DNA of 64,000 nt from a virus (taxonomy: Duplodnaviria > Caudoviricetes). How positions within the stretch are numbered: the stretch's first letter is position 1; each line of letters begins with the position of its first letter. A model generated the notes under the pieces. The model was not told the DNA's origin, did no database searches, and saw nothing but the letters and a program-made list of their open reading frames with translations. A program made the position numbers and the translations under genes. The DNA lies in IMG/VR virus record IMGVR_UViG_2675903043_000002, positions 1 through 64,000 of that record; one strand, written 5' to 3'. Positions 1 to 9,301 of the stretch are shown here, piece by piece.

Positions 1-168
1 ATCAATCTTGCGTTGGCGAAACCCTTGAGGTTTACGATGGATGTTCTTAACCCAACGCGTCACGCTCGCCACGCCAACATCAAACCGGGCCGCCACCTCG
101 GCTATCGTAAGTCCTTTTTTCTCTCTAACAGACAGGACTTTACGGCGGAAATCCAGTGAATAGGCCAT
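1..168 (-). CDS. IS630-family transposase, N-terminal HTH part (partial)
   Basis: Manual translation MAYSLDFRRKVLSVREKKGLTIAEVAARFDVGVASVTRWVK..., open to the window edge; typical IS630 start. Confidence 0.8.
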   Translation of the reverse strand, partial: MAYSLDFRRKVLSVREKKGLTIAEVAARFDVGVASVTRWVKNIHRKPQGFRQRKID

Positions 169-205
169 CTTTAAATTATAATCAAAATTATCTGGTTGTG
201 CTATA
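1..205 (-). mobile_element. IS630-family insertion sequence, left end (continues beyond the window start)
   Basis: Minus-strand end TATAGCACAACCAGATAATTTTGAT at a TA dinucleotide (~202-205), followed by an ORF starting at 168 with an IS630-type HTH N-terminus. It interrupts the ORF at 188..787. Confidence 0.75.
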
Positions 206-787
206 GCTTTGCAGCGTTGATTTCCCCCGTAGACGCAATTCCAGCGGTAGACAGGACAAGCGATTGCCGGAAATGGCCTGGAAATAATGCAGACGTGCGG
301 CCAAAGTGCGAATGCTGTTAAAGCCAGTGGTACGGAAAATAAAAATTCCCAGAGGATCATCATCACCAATCACGACATTCAATCTGCCGTAGGGTTTACA
401 GGCTCCACCTTTGGCAAGAGCACAGCCATCTGGCGAGGGGCAAGGAAAAGCAACCACCCCTTCTTCCGTTCTGCGCCGGCAGGTTTCACCATTGCCGACA
501 CATAATGGTCTGCCGGTATTTCTATCGAACAAAGTATATTCCGCACGGAAATTCAACTCCGGTTCATTGAACATCAAACGGATCGGGATACTGCGGATTT
601 TTCCGCCCTGTGCCTTGCGCAAGCCTTCATCATACGGATGCGGCAGCCACCCTTCCCTGCTCTGTATCTGGCTGGTGATGGTAAATTGATCATCCTTTTC
701 CGGCAAACGCTTGCCGTTTTTCTCAACGATCTTACCAATCGATATTCTTCCGAGTATTGGCGGTGTAATGGTTAAACCTTTTAGCAT
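188..787 (-). pseudogene. Phage/island 'hydrolase or metal-binding' protein of the YqaJ-DUF932 module, truncated at the 3' end by IS630
   Basis: MLKGLTITPPILGRISIG...CPSPDGC...FRTTGFNS family, usually found next to YqaJ. The last codons (STTR*) come from the IS end. Confidence 0.65.
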
Positions 788-861
788 GCTATGCTCCTTT
801 ACGGTAGTTTGATCGGTCTGCCTGATCATGATCAGGCAGACGCATAGGTTTGAACGAAGAA

Positions 862-1875
862 TCAGGGCGATTGAGGTGAATCAATGACGACAAACCGGCG
901 GCTACCCGCTTTGCTCATCGAATAGCGCTGCAACAGATCAGGCTGCTCTTGAAGTAGACGGGTTACATCAAGGGAAACGCTGTCTTTGCTTTTTTTCCAG
1001 CTGACCTCCCCTGCTATGAACTTTGCCCGGCTAGCCTCGCCCATGACTTGCTGGATGGACTGTTTGTATTGCGCTTCCAGCTTCTGTAACTCCACCAGAC
1101 GCTGGCGGACACTTACGAGATCAGTAAACGTTTTTGACAGGAGCGGATTCTGACTGAAATCCAAGGTAGCACCACTGTCTGCTGGGTACAAACAGCGTAA
1201 AGCCATTTCTGCCGATTCAGAACCATCTGCCGGCGGTGGCGTATCGGATTCAACGTAGTGCCAGAAGGCCTGCTCCAATCCAATCAGGCGGTCGATCAAG
1301 GCGTCATCCCGCTGAATTCGATGTATTTCAAGCTGTTGTCCACCTATTAACACCGCCACATCAGCCGCATATTTCCCGGTGACTGCTAACTGATGGTGAA
1401 CCTGTAGCTGAACATACTCGGGTACACCCTCTTTCCACAGCTTCGCGCCATGAATACCGGCTGTTTTACATTCTAGAATTTGAACCTCACTAGAACCGAT
1501 GACTTCGCGGTCGATGTTGGACAGCATCCAGGGCAGCTCGTGATGCTGCAGCACCGCATTGATGCGCCGTACCCGATAGCCAGTTTTCTGGGAATAATGA
1601 GTAGCCACAATCGGCTCCAGTATAGTGCCCCAGTAAAGCGGGCTTGCTTCATCCTGGGAATCGGCTTTTGGCAGATTGCCGTCACGACCTGTTTTCTCCA
1701 ACCAAAGCTCTAGTTGCGATTTATAGGGATGCAAACCAACGGCAGCAGCGGCATCCGAACTGCCGATGCCTTGTTTTCTGATCGCGAGCCATTCTTCTCT
1801 GGGCATCGCTTTGGTACGTACCAGCTTCAAGGCTGCTTGAGCCTTGGCGGGTACATGAGTGGGTAGGATTGACAT
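862..1875 (-). CDS. YqaJ-like viral recombinase / lambda-type exonuclease
   Basis: WLAIRKQGIGSSDAAA, NIDREV, ILECKT and YVQLQVHHQL motifs. Confidence 0.9.
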   Translation of the reverse strand: MSILPTHVPAKAQAALKLVRTKAMPREEWLAIRKQGIGSSDAAAAVGLHPYKSQLELWLEKTGRDGNLPKADSQDEASPLYWGTILEPIVATHYSQKTGYRVRRINAVLQHHELPWMLSNIDREVIGSSEVQILECKTAGIHGAKLWKEGVPEYVQLQVHHQLAVTGKYAADVAVLIGGQQLEIHRIQRDDALIDRLIGLEQAFWHYVESDTPPPADGSESAEMALRCLYPADSGATLDFSQNPLLSKTFTDLVSVRQRLVELQKLEAQYKQSIQQVMGEASRAKFIAGEVSWKKSKDSVSLDVTRLLQEQPDLLQRYSMSKAGSRRFVVIDSPQSP

Positions 1876-1912
1876 GACTTTCTCCTAATGAGATGACTGT
1901 ATGCACAGAAAC

Positions 1913-1945
1913 AAAAAAGCCAGATAAGCAATCGCTTATCTGGCT
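1913..1945 (-). terminator. Rho-independent terminator between DUF932 and YqaJ
   Basis: Perfect 12-bp stem AGCCAGATAAGC/GCTTATCTGGCT with a 4-nt loop, followed by a T run on the minus strand. Confidence 0.7.
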
Positions 1946-1965
1946 CTCTATCTCTCTTTCTGTCT

Positions 1966-2934
1966 TTAGGCGACTAATTGCAGCGCTGTATCCAGCGCGC
2001 GCTGTTTAAGGATGGCTCCCTGTCCGAACCAGGCAGAATCCAGCCGATGTTCATTGCTGCGCGCCCGCTTGTCATGATCAACATATTCGGTGATGGCATT
2101 GAGCAATCCCCAGGCAGTACCTCTGGCGGAATCCAGTTTTGCGCCACGTCCTTGCCCGTCATAAAGACCTTGCACCTTTTTCAAGGCACGTTCGTTATTT
2201 GGCAAAACCTGATCAGCCTTCTCTGGTTGGGGATCGCACAGCAGCTGCTCGAAATAATTGATCGCTTCGCGCGCCTTTACTTTGCGTTCAGTCAGATGGC
2301 GCATGCGATACATGAACTCATCCCAGCAGAAAACGGCAATGCCGAGCTGCTGCTTCACTGTCTGTGGCTCAAAACGGGTGCTATGCGGCACCTTGATTGC
2401 CTGGGCTGCTCCATTTAAGGAAACAGTAAGCGTGTTGTTGCAGACCACACGCACCGTAGTAGGGGTTGCTGTCGTCGCCAATGTGCCATCGCAGGAAGTA
2501 GCCAGCAGTAGATAGCCATTGACTCGGTCATTGCCTTTCAGTGCTGTAGCTTGTCCAGTCCTGGCCAGAGCCCAGAATTTCCTGCCTCCCTTCAGCACAC
2601 CGGCTGTTTCCAGTTCATAACCGGAGTATTCAGTCAGATCACGGTAGAATTCCAGTACCTCGGATGGCTGCACAACCTGATAGCGCTGCGATACTACCGA
2701 TAAGGCCGCTTTGTTGTCGGAACGATAAAGCACCTTCTGTTCCGGAAAAGCATGGATGGATGTCAGTCCGCCCAGTGCCTCAGTCATAAAATGTACCGGG
2801 GATTCTTTTATTTGCCAGTCCATGCCTGCCTGCTGTGCCCAGACTTCCAATGGTTGCTTGGGGCTTAGTCGATTGCCCAGGCCATGCCAGGGTGTTTGGC
2901 CTACATAAGCCATTTGTTCGATAAAATGTGCCAT
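1966..2934 (-). CDS. DUF932 family phage/plasmid protein
   Basis: MAHFIEQMAYVGQTPWHGLG start, TVRVVCNNTL and GTAWGLLNAITEYVDH motifs. Confidence 0.9.
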   Translation of the reverse strand: MAHFIEQMAYVGQTPWHGLGNRLSPKQPLEVWAQQAGMDWQIKESPVHFMTEALGGLTSIHAFPEQKVLYRSDNKAALSVVSQRYQVVQPSEVLEFYRDLTEYSGYELETAGVLKGGRKFWALARTGQATALKGNDRVNGYLLLATSCDGTLATTATPTTVRVVCNNTLTVSLNGAAQAIKVPHSTRFEPQTVKQQLGIAVFCWDEFMYRMRHLTERKVKAREAINYFEQLLCDPQPEKADQVLPNNERALKKVQGLYDGQGRGAKLDSARGTAWGLLNAITEYVDHDKRARSNEHRLDSAWFGQGAILKQRALDTALQLVA

Positions 2935-2942
2935 AAGTACTC

Positions 2943-3329
2943 CTAATCCATTAAATGGTAGTGTTTTACGCGAGCAACCTTTGGTCGAGAATGATCACGA
3001 TGATGTTGGATACTGAAGCTGTGTCCGCATGACTGGCACAAATAGTTGTCCAGGATGCGTTGATCAATCATTTCTCCCAGCTTGGCCCCGGTGACACCAC
3101 CTGTGACGGCACCGGTCAAGAGACCAAACAAAGCCCCGGCGATACCACCAACGGCTCCTCCTACGGGTCCTATGAAAGCACCGACTGTACGCCCCACTTG
3201 AGCACCTTTCAGTGCACCGGTGACACCATGGATGCCACCGCCAACTGCACCGATCGCCCCGCCTGCTTTTTTAGCTTCATCTTTGGTAGTGATACGGGTG
3301 GAGTGGCAATTTGGACATTGAATATTCAT
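2943..3329 (-). CDS. Hypothetical protein, zinc ribbon enclosing a glycine zipper
   Basis: CPNC at the N-terminus, CQSC near the C-terminus, GxxxG repeats between them; AGGAGG RBS. Confidence 0.7.
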   Translation of the reverse strand: MNIQCPNCHSTRITTKDEAKKAGGAIGAVGGGIHGVTGALKGAQVGRTVGAFIGPVGGAVGGIAGALFGLLTGAVTGGVTGAKLGEMIDQRILDNYLCQSCGHSFSIQHHRDHSRPKVARVKHYHLMD

Positions 3330-4020
3330 GAATACCTCCTGAATAGGATGAGCCCACAGACACGCGTCTATCTTGAAGTGGAAAACTGATGAACGGAGCT
3401 GAAGGCAATAGTGAAAAAGACATATCGCTCTTTGTGTGCGATTTGTTGGGTATAAGGAATAATTGATTTACCTAAAAATCAGGTAATTGACGGCAATACC
3501 CGAAGGCATGACCCAATAGAAATATGTGTGGTTAAAATTTTTTAGGAAAGGGATATTGTTTGGAGGAAACACTCAAGAGCATCAATCTATATGGCGGTTT
3601 TTTCTAGTAGATCGTTTCAACAAAATATATACAAATATATCGCTCGCTTTATCCCATATAATCCATATTACAATCAATAACTTGTATGTCAGATATACTC
3701 ACTATATACGTTAAATCTTTTTATGAAACGATATACTAGTATGGATTGACAATTAGGACATTGAAGATTCATGGTCATACCTCCTGAAGTGAATTAGCCA
3801 TCTGATACGTTTTTTCTATCTTTAAGTAAAAAGTTGACTCAACATATCTGTTGGCCGAGGTGAAAAAACTTAGCACTCTTTATGTGAGCGATGTGTTTTG
3901 AGAAGGAAAGATTGCTTTACTCAAAAATAAAGGTAACTACCAGCCATACCCGAAAGGTATTAGCCAGTAAAAATATGTGTGGTTAAAATTTTTTAGGAAG
4001 GGGAAATAGTTTGTGGGCAT
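3300..4020. repeat. Degenerate tandem duplication (offset ~445 bp) of a gene 5' end and its upstream region
   Basis: AATATGTGTGGTTAAAATTTTTTAGGAA at 3521 and 3972; minus-strand starts MNIQCPNC (3329) and MNLQCPNC (3772), each with an AGGAGG RBS. Confidence 0.75.
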
Positions 4021-4757
4021 TGCTCACATAGTAGTCAATTGAGGAGCATTTTTTTGACGTACTGAGTATCTATACACGGCAAAAATGCCGTACAAAGATA
4101 ATACAGATAAAAAATTAATCGTGTACAGAGTTAATTCATCTTCATGTACGTACTTAATTTATATATTATGAATATCAATAGATTATCGTTATTATAAAAA
4201 ACTAACTGTTGGCAATAGAATTTCAATACGGCATGTAATCGAGGCCAATGTTTTATAACCATCCTAATAACCACACAGGAGCCATAGCATGGAAATTACA
4301 CTAAGTTCAAAAATGGTTGCAACAGGGTCCGACTGTTCCTTGCAAACCCAAGGATAAACTAATGCCGTGATTCACACTAAATTGTGATTCTGGCGATATA
4401 TCTATGTACATGACAATCAGTCCAAATAGATCTGGAAATCTAGGAGGAAAGATTAATTAGTTAACTGGAGTCTCAGGATATTTTGGGATACAGCAATTCG
4501 GGTTATTTATGTTATACAAAATATAATATTAGAAATAGATTCAGTACTGGAGCACACGCTAGGGTGTGGACGAGGTAGATTCAGCTGACTTGAAAGCTTG
4601 TCTGTTACCGATCATCTCCAACTCCATACTCAATATTATGAAATCCGAAGCAAGAACGAGAGCAAAGCAGGCAAGAACTATTTCATAATTATTCTCGTTA
4701 AGAACTGTACAAAATAATCCAGACGCTATTGATATTCCACTTTAGAGAGAAATAACA

Positions 4758-5984
4758 ATGGTTGATATTACTAAACTTAATGAAGATGATCTGGAAATCT
4801 GTGACCGTGCCTTTAGAAATTATCTCTCTGATTATAGTAATAAATTCTGGATAAATCAAAATAAACATATCCGGAGCCGGAGGGCCCATCTGGAGAAGTT
4901 ATCTAAGCTATCGAATGCGATGCATTCTCTAGAGCTTTTCTTGGAAGAATTAGCGACCAGAAAGAATCATGAAGATATGCTCATAACACCCGAGGTATGT
5001 AAAGACGCTTTATTACCGGGAGGTTATAAACTAAAAATACCACCTTGCCAGCAAGATTTTTTGAAATCCCTACCACTTTATGGTGACTTATCCCGCTCTT
5101 TATCCCACGACTGCCGCTATAGTGATGAGGTGGAGGTTTTTTTACCAATTTTTAAAAATTATTCTAATTTTGATGATTATCCTTTTAAATCCTTCTGCTG
5201 GAATCCTGATCTTAGCTTTAGCATGAACAAAGAGAGTCATGCAAAATATACTGGACTCATTAATGAATTCATCAAAGAGTTACATCAGAAACTACGAGAA
5301 CCGAAAACCAGAAAGAAAATTCTTGACAGAAGAAGGGCCGTCGAAAACAACTCCCAAGAATTTATTAAATATGTTGATAAGCTATTTGAAAGAATTGCAG
5401 AGCATCTTGTATTACGGATTGATTTGGCGTATCAGAAAGGCCCTATTTTTAAAAATGTAAGTTTAGAAGATTTTGTAAAAGACCTAAATCGTTTTCACGC
5501 GAATATGCGACACAATCAACTTTTTGACCACATGACAGGCTACATCGTAAAGATTGAATATGGAGTGGAAAAAGGGGTACATGCCCACTTGTTACTTTTC
5601 TTTGACGCATCAAAACGAAAAAGTGATACTGATTTAGCTCAAAAGATCGGTGAGTATTGGCGTATTCAGATTACGGAATATCGGGGTTTTTATTGGAATT
5701 GTAATACAAGTGAAAATAAGAAAAATTTAGAGGCAAGAGGATTTTTAGGCATTGGTGAAATTCATGCAGAGGATAAAGCAAAAAGAGATAATCTGAATTA
5801 TATTATTCGATATTTCTGCAAAAGTGAGCAATTCATTAAACCTAAAACTAATCAAAAAATGAAGCTGCTACGCAAAGGTTTACCTCCAAAGCAGAAAGGT
5901 CGGAAACGTGGAGCACCCAGGGCTTCACAGCGGAAAGTCCGATCTTCTGATCATATCAGCACCACACCAGTTACCTCAAGTTGA
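4758..5984 (+). CDS. YagK/YfjJ (DUF3296, inovirus Gp2-like) protein
   Basis: LVLRIDLAY, GYIVKIEYGVEKGVHAHLLLFFD, IGEYW and YFCK motifs; AT-rich. Confidence 0.75.
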   Translation: MVDITKLNEDDLEICDRAFRNYLSDYSNKFWINQNKHIRSRRAHLEKLSKLSNAMHSLELFLEELATRKNHEDMLITPEVCKDALLPGGYKLKIPPCQQDFLKSLPLYGDLSRSLSHDCRYSDEVEVFLPIFKNYSNFDDYPFKSFCWNPDLSFSMNKESHAKYTGLINEFIKELHQKLREPKTRKKILDRRRAVENNSQEFIKYVDKLFERIAEHLVLRIDLAYQKGPIFKNVSLEDFVKDLNRFHANMRHNQLFDHMTGYIVKIEYGVEKGVHAHLLLFFDASKRKSDTDLAQKIGEYWRIQITEYRGFYWNCNTSENKKNLEARGFLGIGEIHAEDKAKRDNLNYIIRYFCKSEQFIKPKTNQKMKLLRKGLPPKQKGRKRGAPRASQRKVRSSDHISTTPVTSS

Positions 5985-6757
5985 TTCCCACTTTCGAGAG
6001 TTTCTTATGCTCAAGATGGGGATCTATAAATGAAGCTCTAAGCTTGCATTACACAGGTTTAAAGGCAGAATAAAGAGTGCATTCAATATTTAATAAAATC
6101 GGATTTGCTCGTCGGAACTGTGGGAAAAAGATTTTTTCTGGCAGTCACTTTTTGGATAGATGGGATGTGCTTAGCTTCACCTGCCCAATGTTCCGCTACG
6201 GCTAGCTTGTTTGCTAGTTATTTCCACTCTTGAAGAGTATAGACGTTATCGTTTGATTAGGGAGCGGCAAAGTTAAACTTTCTCCGCTTCATGAATCTCA
6301 GTTTTAACTTATTCCTTCTTGAGAACAGCTAAAGTATAGCTTAAAGCTGAGAATTAAAATAAATGCGTTAGAGATATTATCGAATCCCCATTGTTCGATT
6401 ATCCTGATCACACAAGAGATCACCATAATTGCAAACCGACTCACAAGATAATGTTAATTATATGGAGAAAATTATCGATATTAATGTAAGGTGTATATAC
6501 TCGTTAAGCTGAAGCATTTAAGTTTGATGGATGATCTGCAATTGTTGCCAATAGTGAAATATGCTAGCTTAAACTTGATCTAACAGAAATTAAAAATAAG
6601 CCTCAATTGAACCTGAAAATAAAAGAATAAGTTCGGCCAAAAGTTGCTATTCGGACGGACTTGATCGAATGGCCATGGAATGCTTTAATCCAATTAGCAA
6701 GAAACGGAAGGCCATGATCATGCGAATATAAATCCGTCATCTCGCCGTTGCTGTTTA

Positions 6758-6810
6758 TAAATATAGTTGAGTGGTTGCGGACTTCAGTTCAATTCCCGAC
6801 ATCTCCACCA
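6758..6810 (+). other. ssrA: Degenerate tmRNA (ssrA) 3'-end duplicate, interpreted as an island att site
   Basis: GTTGCGGACTTCAGTTCAATTCCCGACATCTCCACCA: tmRNA-like T-loop and acceptor strand ending in CCA. The T-stem is broken and no 5' half is visible upstream. Confidence 0.65.
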
Positions 6811-6816
6811 ACAACC

Positions 6817-6850
6817 AAACCTCAACCATTCTCGGTTGGGGTTTTTTATT
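6817..6850 (+). terminator. Rho-independent terminator after the att site
   Basis: AAACCTCAACC-ATTCTC-GGTTGGGGTTT followed by TTTATT. Confidence 0.7.
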
Positions 6851-7063
6851 GCCCGTTTACCCAGTGTTGGCGCGCCTTCCAGCATTTTCCTCGCGAGCGT
6901 TACCTGCTTCATTTCACCATTTTTCTCCCCTCAACGGCCTCTCTGTTCTGTGTTTTCTCTATTTGTCACGCGAGCGTTCCTGAGACTGCCTCTAGCATTG
7001 GCGCGGGTTTCCGTTCAATGAGTTGTAGTTGAATATTGCTTAGCGATAGCGACCGAAGATGAA

Positions 7064-7230
7064 TAACGTTAGCTCGACATAAGAATCATTACATTACGGT
7101 CGGAAGAGCTTGAGGGCATCTGATATTAAGCGAGTGTTTCTTCTCATGAATAATGGTGAAACTCTTTTCCAAAATTTTTATCATTGGCTTAGATTCCTTT
7201 TGCTGCTTTTCTTATTATGAACTCACGTTA
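7064..7230. mobile_element. MITE copy 1 (IS982-like ends)
   Basis: Imperfect terminal inverted repeats TAACGTTAGCTCGACATAAGAA...TTCTTATTATGAACTCACGTTA; 167 bp; no transposase; similar along its length to 8739-8906. Confidence 0.7.
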
Positions 7231-7454
7231 ATCTTATCTTCAATATCAACTTACTTTCCGCCCTGGCAGTAATCACAGGGAACCAGGCTATATCAAAACT
7301 GCTGAGTACACCAATGCATTGAACCGTACCAGCCAAACTATCCGATGAAATTACTGCTTAACCGGCGAATGTTTGGGCGTTGGCCGAATCAAATTTGTAA
7401 TCGTCTGCTTCTGCCTGTTGCAGAAATCGCTGAACTTCTCAATTAATATTATAA

Positions 7455-8726
7455 GTGAGCGCATTATCAAACCAAATGAGACCTGAGGATGCTACCGATA
7501 ATAATCGATGTGCAATGTGTACCCTTATAACGGCTACTCACCCTCCTACTGTTACCAAGGAATTCAGACTGCAGCCTGATGGCACGCCTGATAAGCAGAC
7601 AACTGCACACGTTATTGCCGGCAGAATGGAAATTGTAGAGTTTACAGACCTTCAGGAATTCATTGGTCTACTCAAAGGTTTAAAAACGGATCAATGCCTC
7701 GCTTATGGAGTGCCTCCCCATAGTCCAGTAGCTCTTGTCACTGAAAGAGAGTGGGCAAAGAATGGATACCCTCTTTCACAAATTGCAAGGACCAATAAAA
7801 CGATGAGCTGGCCGGCTGGTCCTGGAATACTAGTGCTGGACTATGATGCACCTAAGGATGGGAAAGCTGCACTCAGCCGTAAGCAGCTATTTCAAGCTTT
7901 GTTTGATGCATGTCCAGAACTTGAATTTTTCGAAATTGTCTGGTGGCCAAGCACCTCCTCCTGCATTTGGCATGGAGACAAAGAGCTGATAGGCATCAAC
8001 GGGCAGCGGCTATACCTGTTGCTCAATGAAGCGCAGGATATCCCTCGGGTCGGGAAAGCGATTCTGACCAAGCTGTGGGCTCAGGGACATGGCCACTTCG
8101 AAGTCAGCAAATCAGGTTCACTGCTCGAACGCGGCTTATTTGACGCATCGGTATGGCAAACAAATCGCATCGATTTTGCAGCTGGAGCAAAATGCCATGG
8201 AGAGCTGACACAAAAACGCGGAGATCCTATATTACATAGCGGTTTAATATCTGGTCCGATTGACTCAATTCTTGCTATCGCTGATCCAAGCGAAGATGAA
8301 ATTGTACTTGCTGACAAAAACAAAGTCGCTCAGAAATGGCTAGTTACCGAAGAAGTAAAGCGTAAACGAGGAATATGGCAACAGGAACGGCTTGAAAAAA
8401 TGATCCATTTATATCCGAACATTCCCAAAGAGCAGCTTGAAAGAAGTGTTATTCGAGCAGTAGAAAAGCGGGATCTTTTTAGTGACTGGATGATCACAGT
8501 GATTGAAAATGATGTGCCTAAGGAAGTCAGTGTTTTACATATCCTGAACAATCCACAGCATTATCACGGAATGCTAACGCTTGATCCTCTCGAACCTGAT
8601 TACGATCACGGGCGGCCCGTCGGCAAGCTTTTCCTAAGTGATTCTCATCAATGCTTACACTCATTTGCCCACGGCGGTGCAACATTCAGATTAAGTCGCA
8701 CGCTCACCAAGAGCCCGAATTCGTAA
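7455..8726 (+). CDS. Primase-polymerase-like (AEP-type) N-terminal domain protein with no helicase domain
   Basis: ILVLDYD (DxD), WWPSTSS, GQRLY, FDASVWQTNRIDF and LHSFAHGG resemble N-termini of phage/island primases. Confidence 0.5.
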   Translation: MSALSNQMRPEDATDNNRCAMCTLITATHPPTVTKEFRLQPDGTPDKQTTAHVIAGRMEIVEFTDLQEFIGLLKGLKTDQCLAYGVPPHSPVALVTEREWAKNGYPLSQIARTNKTMSWPAGPGILVLDYDAPKDGKAALSRKQLFQALFDACPELEFFEIVWWPSTSSCIWHGDKELIGINGQRLYLLLNEAQDIPRVGKAILTKLWAQGHGHFEVSKSGSLLERGLFDASVWQTNRIDFAAGAKCHGELTQKRGDPILHSGLISGPIDSILAIADPSEDEIVLADKNKVAQKWLVTEEVKRKRGIWQQERLEKMIHLYPNIPKEQLERSVIRAVEKRDLFSDWMITVIENDVPKEVSVLHILNNPQHYHGMLTLDPLEPDYDHGRPVGKLFLSDSHQCLHSFAHGGATFRLSRTLTKSPNS

Positions 8727-8738
8727 GGGTTTTCTTAT

Positions 8739-8906
8739 TAACGTGAGTTCGACATAAGAATCATCACGCTACGGTAGAGCTTGAGGGAGTATGATATTAA
8801 GGAATAGCTTCTTCTCATGAATAAAGAGGAAATTCTTTTTGAAAATCTTTTTATCATTAGGAATTCAAATCTCTTTTGCCGCTTTTCTTATCCCGAACTC
8901 ACGTTA
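8739..8906. mobile_element. MITE copy 2 (IS982-like ends)
   Basis: Terminal inverted repeats TAACGTGAGTTCGACATAAGAA...TTCTTATCCCGAACTCACGTTA; 168 bp. The right end reads SYPELTL, resembling IS982 transposase C-termini. Confidence 0.75.
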
Positions 8907-9301
8907 AATAAAGGTTAGCTTGATTTACTTTTAATAATCTATTAATTGCTGGTAAAAATACCTATAAATGGAAAGCTATAGTTTTAGATTCTTTAAAAGA
9001 ATGGGATAGGAGTAAGCGAAACTGGATAAAGCACGATAAAACCCATGGCGGATACTCATAACCCGCGCCTTTGTCAGTCCATAAACGGCCGTCTAGACAA
9101 GAAACCCTATGAGATACCCTGCTAATTTTTTTAAAATTCCTTCTTTTCATTTCGCTACAACTTTCAGGCTAAAACCAACCTACTTGATCGGATACTTCAG
9201 TATAAAAGCATATAAAATGAGCCAATTTCTTATGCTTTATGAACAATTATATTAATACTAAATCTAAAAATGCTATCTCTACATACTATAGGAGTTCTTC
9301 C

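Noticed and set aside
5985-6750. AT-rich gap as a hidden gene or array
   Set aside because: No ORF of 60 aa or more and no repeat structure that I could support.
6758-6810. Functional tRNA or tmRNA gene
   Set aside because: Only a 3' fragment with a broken T-stem; no 5' acceptor strand seen upstream.
6748-7032. Three overlapping short ORFs across the att site
   Set aside because: They span the tmRNA fragment and terminator, have atypical composition and no clear RBS.
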